Positions 40,754 to 49,790 of a stretch of DNA of 64,000 bases are shown one piece after another; position 1 is the first letter of the stretch; each line of letters starts with the position of its first letter. Source of the DNA: an uncultured Verrucomicrobiae bacterium (GTDB lineage: Bacteria; Verrucomicrobiota; Verrucomicrobiia; Limisphaerales; Palsa-1400); assembly GCA_963764165.1 (NCBI GenBank), contig CAVXRD010000002.1, positions 3,232,001-3,296,000 on the forward strand, given 5' to 3'. A program made the position numbers and the translations under genes. Below the pieces are notes generated by a model. It worked only from the letters and a program-made list of their open reading frames with translations, had not been told where the DNA came from and did not search any database.

Positions 40754-41139
40754 TTGCTTGCCGGGCGTTGCTTGTTTTTCACAAAGCGTTTGATCATTTT
40801 AAGAACGTCGGGAAGCTGACTTTTCGGTATTGCTGCCAGTTCCCGCACGATTGGGCCAGCTTCCTCCATTCGGAAAAACTCCAATGCTTGATCGTTGGGC
40901 CGTCCGGCGGATTTGAAAAGCTCGCCGTCGGGAATATTCAAAACTCGTTCAAGTCGGTCAATGGCGTCAGTGGATGGCACGCCGCGCTCGCCGTTCAGCA
41001 ATAGCGACAGATACGCGGGCGAAATATCGGCGTTCCTGGCCACCTGGCGCAGAGACAATCCGTCCTTGTGCTCATCCATCGCTTTCTTGAGCAGCCGGAT
41101 GAACCGTTCTGGCGCTTTCGCTGGCTTGTTTTCGGTCAT
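40750..41139 (-). CDS. XRE-family HTH repressor
   Basis: LSLRQVARNADISPAYLSLLLNGER. Confidence 0.88.
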   Translation of the reverse strand: MTENKPAKAPERFIRLLKKAMDEHKDGLSLRQVARNADISPAYLSLLLNGERGVPSTDAIDRLERVLNIPDGELFKSAGRPNDQALEFFRMEEAGPIVRELAAIPKSQLPDVLKMIKRFVKNKQRPASK

Positions 41140-41160
41140 TTCGCGGCCAATTTAGCGCAA

Positions 41161-41234
41161 TGTTTACTGATTGTCAACGGTAATTGCGATTTTCGAGGTC
41201 TGTTTGCGTTTTCTGTGTTTACACCGTGTGAACA
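41161..41234. promoter_or_regulatory. Two operator-like palindromes between divergent HTH genes
   Basis: TGTTTAC-N5-GTCAACG (41161-41179) and TGTTTAC-N5-GTGAACA (41216-41234). Confidence 0.6.
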
Positions 41235-41257
41235 TGTGCCACATTCACCATGAAAGT

Positions 41258-41578
41258 ATGAGTTGCGTGTTTAAGAATCGACTGGCCGAATGCCGTGCCG
41301 CCAAAGGGATCAAAAAATCTCAGCTGGCGTATTACATCGGCAAGAGCCGGGGGTATGTGACGCGCCTGGAGGATGGCGACATTTCCCCAAGTGCCGAGGC
41401 CATGGTGCGCATTGCCCGTTATTTCGGCAAGCCGGTCGAGGACATTTTCCAACTGGTCGAGGAGGGCAAGCAAATGAAGGCGGGCGAATCGACATTAGCC
41501 AATTTCAGCAAAGAACAATTTCCCGTTCGTGTCGGCAACGCGCGGGACTCAGTAACCACGCCGATTAACAGTAAATAA
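41258..41578 (+). CDS. Cro-like XRE HTH protein
   Basis: KNRLAECR...SQLAYYIGKSRGYVTRLE.G...PS...IARYFGKPVEDIF. Confidence 0.85.
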   Translation: MSCVFKNRLAECRAAKGIKKSQLAYYIGKSRGYVTRLEDGDISPSAEAMVRIARYFGKPVEDIFQLVEEGKQMKAGESTLANFSKEQFPVRVGNARDSVTTPINSK

Positions 41579-41586
41579 GAAAGCCT

Positions 41587-41853
41587 ATGCAGATCAAAGT
41601 ACTAGTTATTGACAAGGTGACGGAGACCTTCGACACAAAGAAGGGGGCCAAGACGCTCCACTTGTTGGTGTGTCAGGATCAATCCCGCCCGCCGCTGCGA
41701 AATTCGTTCGATTATGAGATGACGGCGGATGAATTCACCAAGCACGGCGCGGGCCTCGTGGACAAGCTCGTCGAACTCAACATCCGGGATATGACCCAGA
41801 ATTTCGCTGGGCGCATTCGGATGTCGGGGGCCATCCTGAAAGCTGCCGCATAA
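41587..41853 (+). CDS. Small beta-rich protein, probable ssDNA-binding (inovirus pV-like)
   Basis: 88 aa, OB-fold-like strand pattern, coupled to Rep by a TAATG overlap. Confidence 0.5.
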   Translation: MQIKVLVIDKVTETFDTKKGAKTLHLLVCQDQSRPPLRNSFDYEMTADEFTKHGAGLVDKLVELNIRDMTQNFAGRIRMSGAILKAAA

Positions 41854-42353
41854 TGGAAACGGCACTGACATATACGCTGCAACGCGTTTGCTGGCAGTTT
41901 TTCGGCTCTCTGACATTCAAGAGTGCCAAACTGCCGGAACGCGTGCGGCTGACGATGTTCTTTGCCCTCGTCCGCTGCCTGTGCCGCTGGCACAAAGTCC
42001 CCTTTCGCAAATGCGTCTGGGCTTTGCGCCAGGAGCCGGGGGAAATCAGCGGACGACTTCACTTTCATTTCCTGATCGCGGGTTTGCCGCCGTATGCCGT
42101 CCAGGTCGCCACATGCATGAGTATCAAGGCGCAATGGGAAGAACTCGGCGGCGGCATGGCTCGCGTCAGGAAATACGATTCGAGAAAACAAGGTCTCGAA
42201 TACACGTTAAAATGTCTCAGCGTCACGAATGGGGGAGCGAATCTCTATGAAGTGGGGAAGTTTTCCTATTCGGCGGATGAGGTGATGTTGGCGAATGCAA
42301 TCTGGGACCGGGCTAATATTGCACGGGTTTCAGATACCCTTGGCACTGCCTAG
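41853..42353 (+). CDS. Minimal HUH rolling-circle initiator/endonuclease
   Basis: Motif 1 GSLTF, motif 2 RLHFHFLI, motif 3 LEYTLK. Confidence 0.75.
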   Translation: METALTYTLQRVCWQFFGSLTFKSAKLPERVRLTMFFALVRCLCRWHKVPFRKCVWALRQEPGEISGRLHFHFLIAGLPPYAVQVATCMSIKAQWEELGGGMARVRKYDSRKQGLEYTLKCLSVTNGGANLYEVGKFSYSADEVMLANAIWDRANIARVSDTLGTA

Positions 42354-42563
42354 TCGAACGCTCGGCGGCAGTAAATTCGTCAACCGATTCGGGCGGGGGG
42401 TGGAGCGCGCGCGGAGCGCGCGCCCACCCCCTGCCCGATGGCTTGAAGATGAACTCTGTCCAAATGAAATCAACCGAAATGAAAATGCTCTGGAAACTGG
42501 TGAAGCCCAGCGAGCCAGTCCTAGCTGAGAGATGATAAAAACACCGTAATATCATAATACGAT

Positions 42564-43226
42564 ATGAAGCAGATCATTACTAAAGTGGATGTATGCAAGG
42601 CCATTGGCGATTTGGCGGGCCAAGCCAAGAAACCCACGCTGGCCGCCATTCACGCAGCGTTGAATAACCGAGGCTCGATGTCCACGTTGGTGCGTCTAAA
42701 GGCGGAAATTGATGCCGAAGCGCAACCGGTGACAGACTCCCTTGACGGGCTGAAGGCGTTTCGCGAAGTGTGGGCATTGGCTGTCGAGGAAGGCCGTCAA
42801 CAGCAGGAGGGCGCGCTCGTGGAGGCTCGCGAGAGTGTCAAAGCATTGGCTGCTGAAAATGATCGCTTGGAAGGGGTGGCGGTAGCCGCGCACAATCGCG
42901 CCGCCGAGTCGGATATTGCGAGGGCACGCGCCGAAACAGAGTTAATGCAATTTAGAGGCCAGGTGGAAACGGAACTTAAGCAAGCCAGAACCAGCCAAGC
43001 AGAGGCCGCAGCACAAGCAGCCGATGCCTTGCACAAGCTGGCTGCGGATCGCGCAGCACATGCGAATCAAATCGCATTACTCCAGGACAGTGTGGCTGCA
43101 GCGACACGCAAAGCCCATGATCTTGAATTGAATTTGGTCCGTGCTGAAACACTGGTGCAGAAAGAGCAACGTCGAGTTACGACGCGGAAGTCGGCTCGGA
43201 CGGGAGGACAAGAAATTGCGTCATAA
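42564..43226 (+). CDS. KfrA-like DNA-binding coiled-coil protein
   Basis: KKPTLAAIHAALNNRGSMSTL N-terminus plus an Ala/Glu coiled coil. Confidence 0.75.
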   Translation: MKQIITKVDVCKAIGDLAGQAKKPTLAAIHAALNNRGSMSTLVRLKAEIDAEAQPVTDSLDGLKAFREVWALAVEEGRQQQEGALVEARESVKALAAENDRLEGVAVAAHNRAAESDIARARAETELMQFRGQVETELKQARTSQAEAAAQAADALHKLAADRAAHANQIALLQDSVAAATRKAHDLELNLVRAETLVQKEQRRVTTRKSARTGGQEIAS

Positions 43227-43242
43227 CCGGGGACTTCTTGAA

Positions 43243-43572
43243 ATGAACACGGATAAACAAGTTCAAGGAAATCGACCTGCCTGCGTGGGAATGGAAGAGG
43301 CGGCGGCGATTTTCGGATGGCCAAATTATTACCTGCCGTTTCTCATGAGGGCGGGGCATCTAAAGCCGCTGGGCAAGCCAGCGCAGAACGCTCGCAAATG
43401 GTTCGCAAGGATTGAAATCGAGCGGATGAGCGCCGATCCTGTTTGGCTCGACAAGGCTATTCGCATCGTGGAAAGGCAGATTCAGGAGATGAACAAAAAA
43501 GCAAAGGGACAAACAACCATCCTTGACAACAAATTAGGCCCGAATAACGATACAGGGAACGGCCACGAATGA
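43243..43572 (+). CDS. Excisionase-like HTH protein of element 1
   Basis: EAAAIFGW...LPFLMRAGHLKPLGKPAQNARKWF. Confidence 0.75.
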   Translation: MNTDKQVQGNRPACVGMEEAAAIFGWPNYYLPFLMRAGHLKPLGKPAQNARKWFARIEIERMSADPVWLDKAIRIVERQIQEMNKKAKGQTTILDNKLGPNNDTGNGHE

Positions 43573-43606
43573 CCCGTCAATAAATTTGCAAGCTTCTCTG
43601 TTTTTC

Positions 43607-44173
43607 ATGCCATCGAATGCTTACACAAATCACCTCACCGTCCTGTTAAGTGACGTCAGAGAGTTGCAGACCGCCCACAGTCAACTAAGAACGGGTGCGG
43701 TGGGGCGTCAGTGGGGCTTGGGCGCGTTAAGCCGTGCCGCAGTCGTTCTGGCCGTCTCTTCGTGGGAGGCATACTTGGAAGAAGTTGTCCGGGAGTGCCT
43801 TGAGGCTATTCGTCCGGGAGTGCCGCCTCTTGGCATTTGGCCAGCACTCAACGCTTCGATTCGCGGCGACCTTGGACGCTTCAATACACCAAATGCGGAG
43901 AATACTCGCAAACTGTTCTTGGACAGTTTTGGGATCCCCAATATCACTGGTGAATGGCATTGGCGCAATTGCACGCAGGAACAGGCATGTATCGCACTAA
44001 ATGATGCGCTCACCAAGCGTCATCATATTGCGCATGGCGTCAATCCGAGACCAACTATTCACAATGCTTACGCGAAATGGTTGCCGGGATTTATCGGCAG
44101 GTTGGCGCAGCACACCGATGCAGGACTCCAGCAACACTTTCAAACCACGTTCCACATCAACTTGGCATGGTAA
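43607..44173 (+). CDS. HEPN-domain protein
   Basis: AAVVLAVSSWEAYLE, FNTPN, Rx4H motif RHHIAHG. Confidence 0.8.
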   Translation: MPSNAYTNHLTVLLSDVRELQTAHSQLRTGAVGRQWGLGALSRAAVVLAVSSWEAYLEEVVRECLEAIRPGVPPLGIWPALNASIRGDLGRFNTPNAENTRKLFLDSFGIPNITGEWHWRNCTQEQACIALNDALTKRHHIAHGVNPRPTIHNAYAKWLPGFIGRLAQHTDAGLQQHFQTTFHINLAW

Positions 44174-44814
44174 GATTCTCGAAACATATGGTTTGCGTGG
44201 GTTGAAATGTCCAATGACAGGCGCGGCATTTATTCCGTCGGTTCAGGCTTCGCGCGGCAATGAAAAAGTTTGATTGTTAAGCTGCCGTGTGGAATTGATT
44301 TTGTGTTGAACAAACGTTCAACGGCTGAAAGTAAAAGTGCGTCTGAAACCTGCGATGACGAGTAAAATTTCACCTAAACCCAAAAGAAAAGTGAAAAATT
44401 ATGCCCGATCCCAAAGAAGCCGGTATGGACAAGCAAGCGAATCAGCCCGAACCGAAGATGCGCGAATACATACCGTATAAAGGAATGGTATTCCTGTGCA
44501 GGGCGACGCTGACGCGCCATGCGACGGTGAATTCGAGTGGATGCCAGACAACGGTGATTAGACGAAATTAAACAAGTCGGCCAGTGAGTGTAAGCTTGCT
44601 GGCCGATATTGTTTGGCAGCTTAAACACTCTCCTTTCCCGTCGGAAAGGGCGCGGAGCGGGGAGGCCAGCGCAGCGGTGGGCAGAGTCCAGAGGCAATGC
44701 CTCTGGCGGCGGGGTTTGGGGACGGCAGGGGAGTCCCCAACGAACCAAAACCGGTTTGGCCGTCACCGGCCTAGCTGGGGCGTTGGGGCCGTGTCGCAAA
44801 AATTGGCGGGTGCC

Positions 44815-45840
44815 TTACGTCGCCGGGGCAACTTTCACGGAAGCCCGCTGTTCGTAATCCTCCAAGGATGGAATTTTCATCAAGGCCCGTTTCGCGTAGG
44901 CGCGATGGACGGCCTTGCTATTGTGCCCTAATGCCTCCTGCGCGAATCGTTCGGGATAGCCGACCGTCTTGGCGCGTTCCGCCCAAGCATAGCGGTAACT
45001 GTGCAACGTGACGCCGACAATGCCAAGCTGACGGCAACGCGAAGCAAATTCCGTGGCGCGGTCGCCAGCGCGGACGCCGGACAAATAGGGGAAAAGTGGG
45101 CCTTCGCCGGGCAAGTCCTTGAGCAGATTCAACGCCTCACCGCCCAAATGCACTAGTACCGGCACGCCGGTTTTCTTCCGTGTAAAACTCACCGTGCCAT
45201 TTGTCCAGTCCACGTCTTGCCCCTTCAAGTTAGCGATGTCGCCTTGGCTCGCGCCAAGGTGCCAGCACAATTGATACAGCGTCTTGCGTTCGGGGTTCCC
45301 TTCGGCGGCAATGATTCGCTGGTGTTCCGCAAGGGTGATGGCGCGTTTCTCCTTGTAGTGAATGGCGGGCCATTGTCGGCGCGGAATGACCGTGGCGGGG
45401 AGCCAGTTCATATCAACAGCGAAATTGTGAACCTTCCGCAAAAACGCGTTGGTTGAAACCGTGCCGGAACGCAACACGGCCAGCAAGTGCTCAGCTTGCG
45501 TTTCGATCAAGACACGGTCGAGGATCGAGGTGAACGCTTTGTCCTTGGCGGCGGATTTCCATCGCGTTTGCGTGGGGCCGGTTTTGAAGGCGATAATTTC
45601 TTCCAGCACGTTTCCCCAAGTGCGAGTGCTCACGAGTGGGTCACTGTGGCGGAGATAAACGCGGGCCAGGCTCAAGTTCATGGCGGGCTGTTTGCCTGCC
45701 TCGTTCATGGCCATCAGCAGCCGATTTGCCTCGGCTTTGTCCTTGGTCTTGAGGCTGGTAAATGTTTTGGTGGTGTCGTCGAAGGCGTAATAGACGCTCT
45801 TGCGGCGAAGGAATAAACGATAACGCAGTTTCATGTTCAT
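44815..45840 (-). CDS. Tyrosine integrase of element 1
   Basis: HSYRYAWA, LGHNS.AVHRAY; adjacent to the tRNA att. Confidence 0.92.
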   Translation of the reverse strand: MNMKLRYRLFLRRKSVYYAFDDTTKTFTSLKTKDKAEANRLLMAMNEAGKQPAMNLSLARVYLRHSDPLVSTRTWGNVLEEIIAFKTGPTQTRWKSAAKDKAFTSILDRVLIETQAEHLLAVLRSGTVSTNAFLRKVHNFAVDMNWLPATVIPRRQWPAIHYKEKRAITLAEHQRIIAAEGNPERKTLYQLCWHLGASQGDIANLKGQDVDWTNGTVSFTRKKTGVPVLVHLGGEALNLLKDLPGEGPLFPYLSGVRAGDRATEFASRCRQLGIVGVTLHSYRYAWAERAKTVGYPERFAQEALGHNSKAVHRAYAKRALMKIPSLEDYEQRASVKVAPAT

Positions 45841-46004
45841 GCGTCATCCAGCCTACCGGGGCGAAGATTCCGTTAGTCAGGCAATAGCGGGAGAATCCTC
45901 CCGAATTGTGGCGCAATTCTGGCGCAATCCGAAAATTGTTAGCCAAACTGTTAGCCATTGACTTTCCGTGTCTCCTAACTCCTTGCCGCGCACGCGGTTA
46001 GAAT

Positions 46005-46079
46005 TGGAGGCGAGGGTCGGAATCGAACCGACGGATACAGCTTTTGCAGAGCCGTGCCTTACCACTTGGCGACCCCGCC
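46005..46079 (-). tRNA. tRNA-Cys (GCA)
   Basis: GGCGGGGTCGCCAAGTGGTAAGGCACGGCTCTGCAAAAGCTGTATCCGTCGGTTCGATTCCGACCCTCGCCTCCA: cloverleaf, GCA anticodon, encoded CCA. Confidence 0.97.
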
Positions 46080-46327
46080 TTCCAGTTCTCCATCCTATTG
46101 TCCTTTTTCGCTAAATCAAGTTATGTTTTTCGCCGCGCTTTTTGAGGGTTGGTGTTTGAAAGAGGTCGTCGCAATTGAATTTGCCGTCGATTAGAGCGTC
46201 ATGCGGTCAATATGCCGCGACTGTTCTGCGACACAGCCGCTCTCCGTCAAACGGCACTGCGTCCGTGTCACTCCATCTGCAGAGTTCTTCCTTCCAGCGC
46301 GATCGGGCGCGCGGTATTCTCCGGGCA

Positions 46328-46759
46328 GTGAGTGATAAAGCAGAACGCATCGCCCGCATGATCGGGACCGGAGCCTGGGTCGGCGACGGAATCAACCCCT
46401 ATTACCTGGGGTTTATAGAACGCTTTAATAACGGAGAATTTTATGAAGCGCACGACGTCCTCGAGCAACTGTGGCTCGCCGACCGGCAGGGGCCGAACGG
46501 AGCATTTTACAAAGGGCTGATTCAGTTGGCCGGAGCCTTTGTGCATCTCCAAAAGGGCCGGCTGCGCCCTTCATCTGCGCTTTTCAAACTGGCTAACGCG
46601 AACCTGGTGCAGTACCGGGGCACCCATGAAAAATTGGACATTTCAACTGTGCGGGCATTGATTGAATCGTGGGACGGGCGGCTGCGCGTGGGTGACTTCC
46701 AAGTGAACCCACTGCCGACCGGCCCTGCGCCTCGTCTGGATCTCGTTCAATGCACATAA
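46328..46759 (+). CDS. DUF309 domain protein
   Basis: FN.GEFYEAHDVLEQLW...YKGLIQLA. Confidence 0.88.
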   Translation: MSDKAERIARMIGTGAWVGDGINPYYLGFIERFNNGEFYEAHDVLEQLWLADRQGPNGAFYKGLIQLAGAFVHLQKGRLRPSSALFKLANANLVQYRGTHEKLDISTVRALIESWDGRLRVGDFQVNPLPTGPAPRLDLVQCT

Positions 46760-47042
46760 TCTCGGAAAATCGATAATGGTGAGCCCGCGACACTGCGAGC
46801 TTGCGGGTGACGGCCAACGATGAAGCCAAATGAGATCGCCGCACCGATCGTCGATGCGGCCGCTTACCTCGTCTTGGTGTGAAGCAAATCAAGGATGGCA
46901 TAACGTGCGTCGTCAACGGCCTGGCAAATGGAAAAGGACTTTCGCGCTGAGAAGATGAGTGCGCTGAGGAACACAAAATCAAATCCGTCCGAGGCCGCTC
47001 AAAAAACATCGCAATCCGTTCCGCGGGCCGTATTGTCCTGCT

Positions 47043-47279
47043 ATGAAGCTGCAGCAAGGCCAGGTCTGGAAACAGGGCAAGGAATACATTCGCATCGTCA
47101 GACTGGAGCGCCTCGAAGTGGAATATAAATGCCTGGCCAGCCTCGCCAGCAAAGCGGGAACCCGGCACGTTACCAGCAAAAAGGATTTCTGCCGTCTCTT
47201 AAAACAAGCCCGCCTTCTGGAACTCAAAAAGCCCGAGGCTGTTGAGAGCGACGAAACGCTGCCTCAGGCAATTTTATGA
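47043..47279 (+). CDS. Small hypothetical protein
   Basis: MKLQQGQVWK...YIRIV.LERL.VEYK. Confidence 0.6.
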   Translation: MKLQQGQVWKQGKEYIRIVRLERLEVEYKCLASLASKAGTRHVTSKKDFCRLLKQARLLELKKPEAVESDETLPQAIL

Positions 47280-47540
47280 CAACCATCGCCAGCCGATATC
47301 TCGACACGACTGTGTTCGCAAAAGCAAAATTGGCCCTTGGTCTCGGTGCGATGATCGTGCTGGTGAGCAGCGCGACAACGATCGCTCGTGCGGATGACGC
47401 ATCCAGCAATCAACTTTCCACAAGCGACATTTTCAAAAAGGCTCAAGAGAAATATGTGAACCTAAAGCTTTCGCCAGGGTGAGTTTACCCGCTGGAACAG
47501 CAGCGCGGATCCATCGCTCTGAGCCTGAATAACGAGAGCT

Positions 47541-49298
47541 TCAAAGCCGCCGGGCGTTGCGCATAACGGATGAGATAATTGCAATCATTTTGTCATTGGT
47601 CGCCGCATCTTTGACCGCAATGCGGATCGTTCGCGGTCCAAAGCGGGCGCCCATTGATGATGCGTCGCGCAAAAACAATCCCTGTTTTTGACACGCGAGC
47701 GCCAATTCCTTCGCGGCGGGCGAATGCTCCGGCAGCTGGGCAAGCAGGAAATTGGCGGTTCCCGGAATGACTTGCCACTCCAGCGCTTCGAGTCCTTCGC
47801 GCAGGCTTTCGCGCAAGAGATGTGTCTCGGCGTAGCGCTCCGAATAGTATCCAGGGTCTTGCAGCGCCCGCGTGACCGCAACTTGAGCCAGCAGGCCTAC
47901 AACCCAAGGCGGCGTGATGGCCCGCAGTGCCTCCAATTGATGCGGCCCCGCGCAAAGATACGCCGCCCGCGCGCCGCTCAAGGCGTAGACTTTGGACATC
48001 GATTTGCAGACGATGACGTTTTCGGTCCGCGCCGCGAAACGCTCCAGAGATTCGTCTCGACCGGCGTATTCGATATATGTTTCGTCCACCCAAACTCGCG
48101 TGCGTTCGGGAACTTGCCGCAGAATTCCTTCGAGGATGGGGCGTGAAATGTGCCTGCCGGTTGGGCTGTTTGGATTTACCAGCACCACGAGATCATACCC
48201 GTGCTGGCACGCCGTTCGCAGCAGATCAAGATCAACTCCAAAACCGTTTTCTCGCGCAAGCGGCAACCGGTCGACGGTGCAGCCAATCACTTGTTCGAGG
48301 ACATGCGCGTATTCGCCATAAGTCGGATCCAAAATCAAGACGTGGGACTCCGGCGTGAGCCAACTTCGCAACGCCCGGAAAATCAGATCCGAAGAACCGG
48401 CGCCCGGCAATATGCTTTTGGCCTCCACGCCGCGCGCTTCCGCAATCGCTTCCATCATGCCTTCGCATCCAGTAGGTGGAGAAGTCTTGACCAGCCATCC
48501 CAGATGTTCTTGCAAGGCGGCGGTGACTTGTGGTGACGGCGGAAACCACGCATCCAGCACATCCGCATTGATGATCTTCGAACTGCGTTCCAGCGTTTCG
48601 AATCGTTCGCCGATCCCCTTGAAGAACGCGCCGCCGTGAAAACATTCGGCTGGCTTGTAATAGCCGAAATTCAATTGCCAACGCACCTTGCCTTGGAGCC
48701 GCGCAAGTCTTCCTCGAAATGGCGCAAGAGCCGCCCTGATTTCAGCCACGGCGGCATGCAGCAAAACGTAGTCGACTAAACCGCATCGCGCCGATTTCCC
48801 GACTGGCTGCAGCCCAACCTTCAAATAGAGATCCAGGATTTCCCGACGCCCAATGGCCACGATATGCGAGCCGCCGTGGGATTCGACCCATCGGAAGGCC
48901 GCATACATTAATGGAAACGCGACTTCACTTCCCCGGAAGCCTTTGATCACGGTGAGGAGCCGGATTTCGTGAAGGTCATCATCGACCGCAAACGGCAGCG
49001 ACTTGCGCTCAAAATATTTGTCGATGGAATACCGATGCGCGCCCGGCGGAGTGACGCTGATGAATCCGGCAATGTTGCCGCCGACCCTCGCGATGATGTA
49101 GACGTTGGCAGCATCCAGCGAATCTTGAAGGCGCGCATCGGCGCTGGCCGGATGCTGTCCCAATTCGCAGGCATATACTTCATGACGAATGCGGTAAATT
49201 TCCTCCCGATCCTTGTCATCCGCCACGGAAACAGAGAAGCACCCCGTCGGCGCGCAATTGGGAGCCCGCCCACTCCGGCGCAATAGCGTAGTAGTCAT
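47541..49298 (-). CDS. GNAT-like acyltransferase fused to a HisC/CobD-like PLP aminotransferase
   Basis: IYRIRHEVYA.ELG N-terminal domain; NPNSPTG, DETY, KSMSKVYALSGAR. Confidence 0.85.
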   Translation of the reverse strand: MTTTLLRRSGRAPNCAPTGCFSVSVADDKDREEIYRIRHEVYACELGQHPASADARLQDSLDAANVYIIARVGGNIAGFISVTPPGAHRYSIDKYFERKSLPFAVDDDLHEIRLLTVIKGFRGSEVAFPLMYAAFRWVESHGGSHIVAIGRREILDLYLKVGLQPVGKSARCGLVDYVLLHAAVAEIRAALAPFRGRLARLQGKVRWQLNFGYYKPAECFHGGAFFKGIGERFETLERSSKIINADVLDAWFPPSPQVTAALQEHLGWLVKTSPPTGCEGMMEAIAEARGVEAKSILPGAGSSDLIFRALRSWLTPESHVLILDPTYGEYAHVLEQVIGCTVDRLPLARENGFGVDLDLLRTACQHGYDLVVLVNPNSPTGRHISRPILEGILRQVPERTRVWVDETYIEYAGRDESLERFAARTENVIVCKSMSKVYALSGARAAYLCAGPHQLEALRAITPPWVVGLLAQVAVTRALQDPGYYSERYAETHLLRESLREGLEALEWQVIPGTANFLLAQLPEHSPAAKELALACQKQGLFLRDASSMGARFGPRTIRIAVKDAATNDKMIAIISSVMRNARRL

Positions 49299-49370
49299 GG
49301 CGCAACATTAATGTCGTGACTTAAACAACCGTTAATCGAAAAACTTGCGCTGCCATCGAAATAATCAATA

Positions 49371-49736
49371 ATGAAGCGCCGAACCCTCAAGCGACATCGT
49401 CCTGGCTGCAAGTCCGGGCTTCATCACAATGTCTATGTCGTCCTTCTGGACCCAGCCGTCAGCAAGCTGCGAAAGGTCCGGGCGGAAAACCCCAAGCGAG
49501 ATCCAAAAAAACAGTGCATTTATGTTGGAATGACCGGCCTCACTCCCAAAGAGCGGTTCGCCAACCACAAAGCAGGCATCAAAGCAGCCGCGGTTGTCAA
49601 ACGCTACGGGATTCGCCTTCTGCCCGAGTTGTTCGAGCACTTGAATCCGATGCCGTACGACGTCGCCGTTGAGATGGAAGCGGGTTTGGCCGAGGATTTG
49701 CGCAGAGTGGGCTACACGGTGACGGGTGGGCATTAA
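49371..49736 (+). CDS. GIY-YIG-like small protein
   Basis: VYVVLL...IYVGMTG...ERFANH...E. Confidence 0.7.
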   Translation: MKRRTLKRHRPGCKSGLHHNVYVVLLDPAVSKLRKVRAENPKRDPKKQCIYVGMTGLTPKERFANHKAGIKAAAVVKRYGIRLLPELFEHLNPMPYDVAVEMEAGLAEDLRRVGYTVTGGH

Positions 49737-49790
49737 CCGACGTATATTTTTTGTATAGTCTTTATTCCGAAGAGAGTATTTCATTTTGCC

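Larger units (their letters stand above)
34267..46028. mobile_element. Integrative element 1 (~11.7 kb)
   Basis: att cores at both ends; TGTTAGCCA-like repeats at 34387-34419 (x3) and 45937-45957 (x2); full-length integrase next to the tRNA. Confidence 0.92.

Noticed and set aside
45877..46065. 62-aa ORF
   Set aside because: It overlaps tRNA-Cys and the att/arm region.
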